IMG/VR virus record: IMGVR_UViG_3300000115_000011
Source of the DNA: an uncultured virus (IMG/VR IMGVR_UViG_3300000115_000011)
Lineage: Duplodnaviria; Heunggongvirae; Uroviricota; Caudoviricetes
Reading direction: 5' to 3' (one strand)
DNA length: 64,000 nucleotides
Positions 57,101 through 64,000 of this stretch are shown here, piece by piece. The first letter of the stretch is position 1. Every line of letters starts with the position of its first letter. A program made the position numbers and the translations under genes. A model generated the notes under the pieces. It worked only from the letters and a program-made list of their open reading frames with translations. It was not told where the DNA came from and did not search any database.

Positions 57101-60100
57101 GGTTCTTGTTCTGATTAATAACCTTAGAAGCCGAATCAACTGTTGATTTACGGAAGTTCTCAGCTGCTAAGCCACCAAGAATCTTACCTACATTTTCTTC
57201 CGAGTCAGCAAATACCTCCATCTGCTTAGGAGCATCGAGCTTGCTCACTTTGGAATAGAGAATCTGACCCGCAGTTTGTGGTGCTGTGTTTGCATTAGCA
57301 TTGTCAGTGTAAACGTGGCGCTTGGCATCTAATACTAAGTCTCTTAAATTACCATTCGATGCAATGTAATTGTTAGAGAACGTGCGCTTCATCCACATAC
57401 GGATAGCGTCATACACACGAGTCATCAATGAACGAGACTCCAATCCTTCAGCCATCACTGCGATGATCTCCTCAGCTTCCTGCTCACGGCTAAGCTGACC
57501 TTCCCTATTCATAACTACTTCAGCCGCAGCAACCACTTCAGGATCGCCATTCGCTTTCATGTCCTGCACTTCGTCTAGGATTGAGTTGAACTCATCTCCT
57601 AACATAGATTGAATGCCATAGTGGCCAACAACCTCATGACTAAAGACAGTACGCGCCTCTGACTTAGAGTGAATGTTGTCAGCAACGAGGTACGAAGTCA
57701 TGCTGTTAGGAATGAATAGACCTCTTGCTGTTGGGTCGATGTCTGCGTTAAGCCCTGCGGTTGGAATATCAGAAACAGATTGAACCACTTCAACTGAGTG
57801 CCCAAGCTTACTCATGTTTGCTAATACAGAATTACCTACCCACTTCTGAACATCTTTAACAGACTTACTTGAAAGACCTCTAGCCTTTTCACTGACTGAC
57901 TGACGAGAGTAGACCACACCTCTGTCGTTGAGGTCAGTAGCTATTGCCTTAGCATGCGCTGTCTGCCAGACGTAGAAGAACGTTTCATTATTCCTGCTCT
58001 TAGGTGTAATGAAAGCACTTTCATTTCCCTTTTTGTCTAAGGGAAGTATCCTTCTTAGAGTGGCCTCAATAGACGCCTTATTAGCAGGAGTGGCTGTAAG
58101 GCTTAAATACTTTTTACCCTTGGCAGTCTCAGCTGTAATAGGATTAGCGCCATGCCGCTTCAGCTCTTCTATGTAGGTGTCACCAGCCTCTGGTTTAATA
58201 GCTGGCTTGACCTCAACTGAACCGAGGTCGCCTCCTCTGGCCTTAACTGCTTCTATTTGCTGTGGCGTCAACCCACCTGAACCATCACCTTCAAGGTCAT
58301 AAACAGTTCCATCGTCATCCGCTACTCTGTTACCATCTCCGTCTTTAGTCCCTTCCCACTCAAACGAATCAAAGATACTTGGCTCACCGCTCGAACTCAA
58401 CAGTGTGTTAAGTTTGCGTTTAACCACTAATGATTTGTGCTCATCACCTATGCCACCTTCCAGATTAACCACATGAACGACTGAAGCAGACTGGGTATTC
58501 TTTCTTGAGACTCGACCAATTAACTGAACCACTTTATCACCAGACCAGTTCTTGGTGACCATGATAAGTGAACGAGGAGTATCTCCTACAACGTCATCCA
58601 AGTTGATTCCAGTACCACCAGAAGCAGCAGTTATTAAAGCAACGGGAGCCTTTCCTTCTTGGAATTCTGCTACGTTTTCTTTACGCTCATCTGTGGTGTC
58701 TCCCGTAAGCTCCGTATAGTTTATTCCCTCAGAATCCAAGCGCTCTTTCATCAAGCCGATGAACCCCATAATTTTCTTATCATCTAAGCCTTTAATAGTT
58801 AAATCGTTACTGACAGTCTCCGCTGCTACAATAACTTGTTTACCGTTAGCAAGATCTTCTTTAAGCTGTTCTACTGTTGCGTCTAGCTTGAGGTGCTCTT
58901 CCCACCTTACGAACTCATTGATCCTTTGGCCCTTCATCGTACTAGGATTGCCTTTAGCAGCCATCTCTGACGACCACCATCTATCCATCTCACTTTGCTC
59001 GATCCTTGATTCTTCTGTCATCTGAACATTAATGTCATTGGTTGTGCCAAAGAAAGGGTAGTACCGCTTGAGCATACGTCCTGACTTAATGACAAAATCT
59101 CTCATCTCAGCTACTTTTTCCAAAGCCCTCTTAGGAGAAACACCCTTCTTTAGCACCACCTCTTTTGGCCCTTCTATATATAGGCCAGATTTAGTCTTCA
59201 CCTTCTTACCAGTGGCCAGCTTATGACCTAACCGATCAAGCGCTTTCTCATATGTCTCACCTGTTATTTGCGCCCACATGTTAGCACCAGATGAAGCACG
59301 ATCCATTGGTGTAGCTGTAACGTAAACTACTTTTTCTTTCCTTAGCCCACGACTTGCCTTAGCTTGAATGGTGTCGTAGTTCTTTAGGTTATGAGCCTCA
59401 TCAAATAAAACCATACCCCAGTCTTGGTCGAACTCAGAATTTACTGCGTTCCCTTTCTTGCCGTCCTTAAAACTATTGTATGTTCCCGTCTTAAACTGGT
59501 TCATGTCGATGCCCATAATCGCAGCATCTTCAGCAAAGTTCTTTTTGAGAATCTCGGGCTTCTCAGAAATTATTAGAACCTTCTTACCTGTAGACTTTTT
59601 GTATTGATCAGCTATGGCTAGAATTTGTCGGGTCTTACCAAAGCCCGTACCATCCGCTAACAAGAACCCTTTGTAGTTTTTTTCCATCATAGATGACAAC
59701 GCTAGATCAACACCCATACGTTGCCCTGCATCTAACGAATCAGCATAGACAGATGAGTGATCATTTATAGTTGCACGATCTGGAATAATATCAGGTCTTA
59801 CTTCGACAGCTGGCAGTCTACCCTTAGCAAGATTTGTCTCTGTTGCTATTCTTTGTGTAGGTATTCCTACCAAGGTTCTAGATGGATCTCCCAAGTTTCT
59901 AGATGGCTTGGACTCAGCTACGATGACCTTCCTTTGTTCATCTAATTGTTCTATTTGAACAGCTTCTATGGCCTCAGCTTGAGCAGCTTGAGCAGCTTCA
60001 GCAGCCACACGGATCTTAGTTTGAGCAGCTACGTTAGCCAGTAATGCTTCCATAGAAGCATCGAGGCCATCTTCTGATGCTGGCACATTGAACTTGATGT

Positions 60101-63100
60101 CATCAATCTTTCCATTTACTTGGAGAGAAGTTTCCACATCAGCCTCAGTAAACTGCTTACCGAAACTCTGCAACGTCCTGCGAACATCTGCCTTGGTGTA
60201 GTGCTCATAGAAGCCCACCTTACGGAGTGCCTTCATGACGTATGAAACAATCGCATCCCAAGCTTTACCAAACTTAGATTGATCTGCCTCTTCAGCTACT
60301 CGTGCAAAAACTTCTTCAGCAATAGAAGACTCTATGCTCTCGTCAGTAGCTCCCTGATTTTTCCAACCATCAATGTAAGGCTTATATCTGGTACGAACAT
60401 TATCAAAAATGAGAGTCATTTCTTTGTTCTGACCTTCTGCCTTAGACACCCTGTTTAATATATCCATCTTCTCTTCAAGAGTAGTAAAGACAGACAAGCC
60501 ATAGTGGGCAAGGATTTCGTGGCGCAGAACAGACTCAAGTTCAGCCGTGTTATTAATTCCAGCAGCGTTTAGCGTCACTACTTTATTCTTTAGGCTACCG
60601 ACAGCTGCACCGTCAGGCACAGGTGTGTTGATTATGTTGTACTTAATATCAGGTATGCCGTTGTACTTAGCTTCAAAATTATTTATGACTGATTGCACAG
60701 ACGCAACAGACATACCATTCGTATTTCTTAGCTGACTTCTAGATACAAATTTCCGCCCAAGAATATCTGCGACATCAAATATGTCATCTATATCAGAATT
60801 AGTAATACCACTGGCGGGTTTAGATTTTTTGACTACAACGCCTAATTCAACTAACGCCTTTTCTATCTTTGGGATAAGCGCCTTCGCGGCTTTGCGATCC
60901 GCAGCATTAAGCGTAGTATCTTTTGAATTAGACTTCGCATCTTTTAAACCTAATTGCAGCTGATCTATCTGATCTTGATCTGCGGTTGCGTCAGCAGGGT
61001 CTATCTCAATCTCTGGATCAGTGTTATCCGCATAGCCATTCAAGTCTCCCCAGTCTTGTTCATCATCAATCGTGAGATCTTCATCAGCAGTAAGGGTTGT
61101 TTCACCCAAAAATTCTTTAATAGGATCTGTGTTGCTAACAGTAAATGTTTCAGATTCAGCTTCAGCTTCAGCTTCAGTTTCATCGACTGTCTTTGCTTTT
61201 GTGGGTAGAGGCGGAAGGTCTGGGTCTGAGGCTATGACCTCTAACTGCTGCATTATATCTTCAGTAGTTAGACCATCATCAGCCTTAGTCTTTTTACCCT
61301 GTCTTACAGGTGCTCTACCAGCTTCCTCAATGGCAGCGTCTTCCTCCTGTTCTTCTTGTATTGCAGCGTCACTTCTTAAATCGTTTTCACGTTCCAACTT
61401 AACCTTCGCCTGAAACAAAGCTTTGGTTGGATTAATAACGTGGACAGCTCCATCAACCTCACCATCACGGAAGTAAAGAGCTTGGTTCTTAAGCTTCCCC
61501 CGTACTGATTGTGAGTTAGCCTTGGAAACTTTAATACCAACAAGCAGCCCCGTATCTCCATCACTTAATACGTCTTCCTTTCCTTTTGCTTTCTTATGGC
61601 TACTTAAGAATTCATTGATAGCCGATGTGTCCCCCATCAAAGTCACAGACCCATCATCATTCTCTATCGAATCAAACTTGCTTACTGAATTGAACATGAT
61701 GGATACTGCTTCAAGCCTATCCTTACCCTCTTCTAGCTCGAACTTACCTTTCTGTTCCCCACTTGCAAGCAATGCGTTAACAGTGTTGATGCGTAGGTTT
61801 GCAAATTCAGTTGCGGCTATTAAGGTGTCTGATTTTCCATCAGAATCAACATCAAGTAGTTCGCTTATGTTTTCCTCAGTGAGAGCCTCCATGCTATCCC
61901 CTTTGATGTAATCAAATAGGGGATCACTCTTGCGTGTAAGCATAAAGAGTTGGGGTTGGTTAGGGTATTTCTCGCTAGGAGTTTGGGCTAGGACGTAAGG
62001 TAATCCGCTATTCTCAATATTCTCTTGAAGGTTATTTCTAGGCTCAGTAACAGCAACGTCTGTAGAAGCAGCTTCCTCGGACTTACCTACTGTGTCCATC
62101 CTGCTAACAGAAGTGACTACAAAGAAGTCATCAGATACCTGTGATTTCTGAACGTCATAAGCACTGTTAGATCCGATTGTTTTTAATGCGTTCTCAGCAG
62201 ACGTCTTATTGTCGTATGCCATCGGTTCATCTGTGCGCATTTTCTTTGAAGGGATCAAAGCGTCAAGAACAAATGACTTCTGCTCTCCAAACAAACCAAG
62301 GGTAGCTGTAGGACGATAGAGTCCCAATCCCTTTCGTTCAAGATCCTTAGCCTCTTCCACAGCCGCATCCTGCGTTGCAAAGACTTGAGCATAAACATCA
62401 TCAGTGCCCTTCTCCCCCACATAAAGAGCAAGCTTTAAACCATCACCCCTTACTACAAACTGGAGAACCCTATCATCGTTAACTAGATCTGATGGATCAT
62501 TGTTTGATGTTGATCCTACATCCTTTAAATCGAACGCTACTTCCGCAGCTGCTTTAGCCACAACCTCAGTTGTATCTTGCACCGGATCATCCGGACTTGA
62601 ATCAACAACTTCATTTGTACTAACTGGGTCTTCAACTTCGTTAACATCTGTATTACCTTCAAATAAATCATTAGCTTGTGGGTTTTGTACTGGGTCTGCC
62701 TGAGTGGTTAAGCTTACGCCACCATCGAGGCTGAACCCGTCAACCTCTCGGTCAACTTGGTCTTTAGTTTCACCTGCATCAAGGTCTCGATCTGCTTTGG
62801 TAGCAAGGTCTTCTTCGGTTTGAGTGGATAGTTCAAGGGCTGGCGCAGCTACTTCATCATCTGTAGTTTCTGCTACCACTGGCGCAGCTACTTCATCATC
62901 TGTAGTTTCTGCTACTACTGGTTCAGCTACTTCATCATCTGTAGTTTCTGCTACTACTGGCGTAGCTACTTCATTACCTGTGAGTTCTGCAACGAGTGCA
63001 GGGTTGGTGTGCCAGTTTTGCCATTCGCGCTTCTGGTCTTTTAGTTCTTCAATCCTAGCTCTAACCGCTTCAGGATCTTTTACATTAACCCCTTCAGCCT

Positions 63101-64000
63101 TAGCTAACTCTGGATTATTTGATGCACCTGTAACTGCTGTCAACGTGCGCTGTATTTCAGCTTGCTTCTGTACAGCTTTACGCGCTAAATTCTCAGCCTC
63201 TTTCATAGCTGAGTCATCAAACCCAAACAGATCCCCACTCTCTTGAGCAGTATCTCTGGTCATACTGTTGACTGCTTTTACAATATTGACAGACACAGTA
63301 ATAGACTTGCCTTCTTGTAAGGCTTTGAGTCCAACAGCTTGAAGTGTTTCGTTATTAGGTGCGGCTTGGGATACCTGAGTTGCAGCTATGTCACTGATTT
63401 GGTCGGCACGATGGGCGGCAACGAGCGCAGGGCTTCCTTCACTCGCAATCGTGTATGCTCTTCTCCCTGTTTGCCTTGCCAAAATTCCTTGACGGTCTGC
63501 TTCTTCTTCACTGATTTGGGTGCCTTGGATGAACTCGACATAATCTTTTACCGTCCCTTGACCTTCTCTTATATTTAATAAAACATCCAGCATAGATGCT
63601 TGGTCTACCCCGAATCCTTCTGACTCTAGGTGATACTGTGCAGGTATGGTTGTTTCATTGCTTCGCTTGGCTAGGTCAAGACGATGCCTCCCACTGATAA
63701 CTTCCTTGCGTCCATCTTCACGCAACCAGATCTGAATAGGTGCAACACCCACCCGATCAAACGTGCCACCAAGAGGGTCAACAACTCCTTCATTGTCTGC
63801 CCCATCTTTAAATTGAGGTACATCTTCACTTATAGTTATGTCAGATATTAGCACTTCAACTACTTGCTGTCCTCCAGCCTGAAACTCTTCCGTTGGCTCC
63901 TCAATAACAGCTTCATCAATCTCTTCTAGTACAGCTTTATTACCTTTGGTTTTCTTACCAGCAGCAGATTTCTTAGCACTCGCGTCAGTGGTTTTATCTG
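54159..64000 (-). CDS. Giant polyvalent (probably virion-ejected) protein: ParB-like, zincin x2, Strawberry-notch SF2 helicase, PLxRFG; N-terminus outside window
   Basis: Frame is open from 63854 to 64000. Motifs ISGRHRLDLAK, HEILAHYG, GFLLADGTGFGKT / DEAH / TATP / QLIGRVSR, HEVVGHYG, YFPLSRFG. Confidence 0.85.
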   Translation of the reverse strand, partial: DKTTDASAKKSAAGKKTKGNKAVLEEIDEAVIEEPTEEFQAGGQQVVEVLISDITISEDVPQFKDGADNEGVVDPLGGTFDRVGVAPIQIWLREDGRKEVISGRHRLDLAKRSNETTIPAQYHLESEGFGVDQASMLDVLLNIREGQGTVKDYVEFIQGTQISEEEADRQGILARQTGRRAYTIASEGSPALVAAHRADQISDIAATQVSQAAPNNETLQAVGLKALQEGKSITVSVNIVKAVNSMTRDTAQESGDLFGFDDSAMKEAENLARKAVQKQAEIQRTLTAVTGASNNPELAKAEGVNVKDPEAVRARIEELKDQKREWQNWHTNPALVAELTGNEVATPVVAETTDDEVAEPVVAETTDDEVAAPVVAETTDDEVAAPALELSTQTEEDLATKADRDLDAGETKDQVDREVDGFSLDGGVSLTTQADPVQNPQANDLFEGNTDVNEVEDPVSTNEVVDSSPDDPVQDTTEVVAKAAAEVAFDLKDVGSTSNNDPSDLVNDDRVLQFVVRGDGLKLALYVGEKGTDDVYAQVFATQDAAVEEAKDLERKGLGLYRPTATLGLFGEQKSFVLDALIPSKKMRTDEPMAYDNKTSAENALKTIGSNSAYDVQKSQVSDDFFVVTSVSRMDTVGKSEEAASTDVAVTEPRNNLQENIENSGLPYVLAQTPSEKYPNQPQLFMLTRKSDPLFDYIKGDSMEALTEENISELLDVDSDGKSDTLIAATEFANLRINTVNALLASGEQKGKFELEEGKDRLEAVSIMFNSVSKFDSIENDDGSVTLMGDTSAINEFLSSHKKAKGKEDVLSDGDTGLLVGIKVSKANSQSVRGKLKNQALYFRDGEVDGAVHVINPTKALFQAKVKLERENDLRSDAAIQEEQEEDAAIEEAGRAPVRQGKKTKADDGLTTEDIMQQLEVIASDPDLPPLPTKAKTVDETEAEAEAESETFTVSNTDPIKEFLGETTLTADEDLTIDDEQDWGDLNGYADNTDPEIEIDPADATADQDQIDQLQLGLKDAKSNSKDTTLNAADRKAAKALIPKIEKALVELGVVVKKSKPASGITNSDIDDIFDVADILGRKFVSRSQLRNTNGMSVASVQSVINNFEAKYNGIPDIKYNIINTPVPDGAAVGSLKNKVVTLNAAGINNTAELESVLRHEILAHYGLSVFTTLEEKMDILNRVSKAEGQNKEMTLIFDNVRTRYKPYIDGWKNQGATDESIESSIAEEVFARVAEEADQSKFGKAWDAIVSYVMKALRKVGFYEHYTKADVRRTLQSFGKQFTEADVETSLQVNGKIDDIKFNVPASEDGLDASMEALLANVAAQTKIRVAAEAAQAAQAEAIEAVQIEQLDEQRKVIVAESKPSRNLGDPSRTLVGIPTQRIATETNLAKGRLPAVEVRPDIIPDRATINDHSSVYADSLDAGQRMGVDLALSSMMEKNYKGFLLADGTGFGKTRQILAIADQYKKSTGKKVLIISEKPEILKKNFAEDAAIMGIDMNQFKTGTYNSFKDGKKGNAVNSEFDQDWGMVLFDEAHNLKNYDTIQAKASRGLRKEKVVYVTATPMDRASSGANMWAQITGETYEKALDRLGHKLATGKKVKTKSGLYIEGPKEVVLKKGVSPKRALEKVAEMRDFVIKSGRMLKRYYPFFGTTNDINVQMTEESRIEQSEMDRWWSSEMAAKGNPSTMKGQRINEFVRWEEHLKLDATVEQLKEDLANGKQVIVAAETVSNDLTIKGLDDKKIMGFIGLMKERLDSEGINYTELTGDTTDERKENVAEFQEGKAPVALITAASGGTGINLDDVVGDTPRSLIMVTKNWSGDKVVQLIGRVSRKNTQSASVVHVVNLEGGIGDEHKSLVVKRKLNTLLSSSGEPSIFDSFEWEGTKDGDGNRVADDDGTVYDLEGDGSGGLTPQQIEAVKARGGDLGSVEVKPAIKPEAGDTYIEELKRHGANPITAETAKGKKYLSLTATPANKASIEATLRRILPLDKKGNESAFITPKSRNNETFFYVWQTAHAKAIATDLNDRGVVYSRQSVSEKARGLSSKSVKDVQKWVGNSVLANMSKLGHSVEVVQSVSDIPTAGLNADIDPTARGLFIPNSMTSYLVADNIHSKSEARTVFSHEVVGHYGIQSMLGDEFNSILDEVQDMKANGDPEVVAAAEVVMNREGQLSREQEAEEIIAVMAEGLESRSLMTRVYDAIRMWMKRTFSNNYIASNGNLRDLVLDAKRHVYTDNANANTAPQTAGQILYSKVSKLDAPKQMEVFADSEENVGKILGGLAAENFRKSTVDSASKVINQNKNRNFLQYWLTNTQIFRTYKAAFDWKDGNPLKTINNLLGEFRVDKERALHGFEKEEKIWDKLSTKEANSLASLMRDSTIAGIHPDESMANKVHEFVRLDQNRLDKLKAKPKKTKVDMANISNLEESLAFMQSEHARLRREWNKLTANAKLVYDDTRVMLREQYEMEQSELLARIDRQIENPVHRESAKKALKNRMGELIKRGPYFPLSRFGNHVVIAFAEINGKREFVREQFESRTEAERALKWHKSKWGEDNARMTYMADMGKTAQSGDLFSFRDNLFTALDENRDDVLRDDMMDENARSSIRASTEQLKTDINNLMLNTLPSSSIMQRRRQRLGTKGASSDMRRSVQNMMLQSAQQISKIKYADRIQSELNDIGLENRKFATGEASQVTQQYADIASATHAEMTKRFELTMNPTGAAWASNAGRLAFFHYLGWSPAAAFVNLTQVPTIAIPIVGARYGLAKTSAVFLKTMTDWHLGKSELSLRDAYKSFARDGNKNVTADEQNFIKVLIDRGDIDITRVGSITEEAHSDQRTPSVFGTKMQKLMRTGAYMFHGAEMSNREVTGLATYRLIKDKHPELFKGSTFKSSEEMSENELKIYDEVRELIGETQFLYESENRPRAMRENNIIKSMTTFKIYGQHVIYMYSQLAREALGRDKSLSPEKRREAMKALAGLVTFQMLAAGATGVLPIAVAVWMGGVAYNLFADDEEEVVSSEVEFTQWLDDLVRGMFDDDEQQFMSALLSKGLGNALGVDIASRTGQNTNLLIMMPDRPMSSGKEYYKELLLSVAGPVFGGIGGSTFNFAQDVYEGNPTNNLKSALPKVVRDAYKAVDYSKNGVKTRNDLEVIDSLDTSDIVIQALGFTPEVVSSTYSRAFAGKNKSEQQKAVRRNVLGDVYTAISGGDQSDVQDALAAVTRWNNYIMERINDIKDPAMKYLVQSELITSKTLLASLKSKVIMKASAIEGVVLPKKHLYLINEYTFGKE
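62581..62595. repeat. Palindrome copy 8 (ACCGGATCATCCGGA), inside giant gene linker
   Basis: Encodes part of SPDDPV. Confidence 0.95.
62841..62975. repeat. 39-bp tandem repeat, ~3.4 copies (PVVAETTDDEVA-x)
   Basis: Visible in both DNA and protein. Confidence 0.9.

Noticed and set aside
55534..63578. Plus-strand ORFs inside the giant gene (and similar antisense ORFs in capsid, portal, integrase and ATPase genes)
   Set aside because: Antisense shadows of long real genes.

Overview
The whole window is a partial tailed-phage genome with a podovirus-type virion module and a lambdoid regulatory layout. It is probably temperate and infects a marine or aquatic gammaproteobacterium. Left to right: (i) 1-21.9 kb, minus strand, late operon: tail fibre and fibre-associated genes, adaptors, major capsid, scaffold, portal, TerL and TerS, preceded by a pR'/tR'-like promoter-terminator pair. 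(ii) 21.9-23.7 kb: a 1.8-kb non-coding region with two repeat families, G-runs and A/T tracts (candidate origin and/or genome end). (iii) 23.7-40.3 kb, plus strand: about 45 small early genes, including a MazG-like gene and an AAA ATPase / DUF3150-like / VWA-metallopeptidase cluster. (iv) 40.3-45.6 kb, minus strand: cro, initiator, primase-helicase, nin-like genes and Q. (v) 45.8-53.1 kb, plus strand: repressor, erf, exonuclease, ssb, SleB-like hydrolase, SutA-like protein, xis and int. (vi) An intact attP carrying the 3' half of tRNA-Val(TAC), arm repeats and IHF sites. (vii) Three small basic genes and a giant polyvalent protein (over 3,280 aa, running off the right edge) with ParB-like, two zincin-like, Strawberry-notch SF2 helicase and PLxRFG domains. 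The most striking unexplained signal is a 13-bp palindrome, CCGGAT(C/G)ATCCGG, seen 8 times. It occurs in both orientations, inside and between genes, and is densest next to the non-coding region. It is a candidate parS-like loading site for the ParB-like domain of the giant protein. All family assignments come from recognising motifs by eye; no searches were run.
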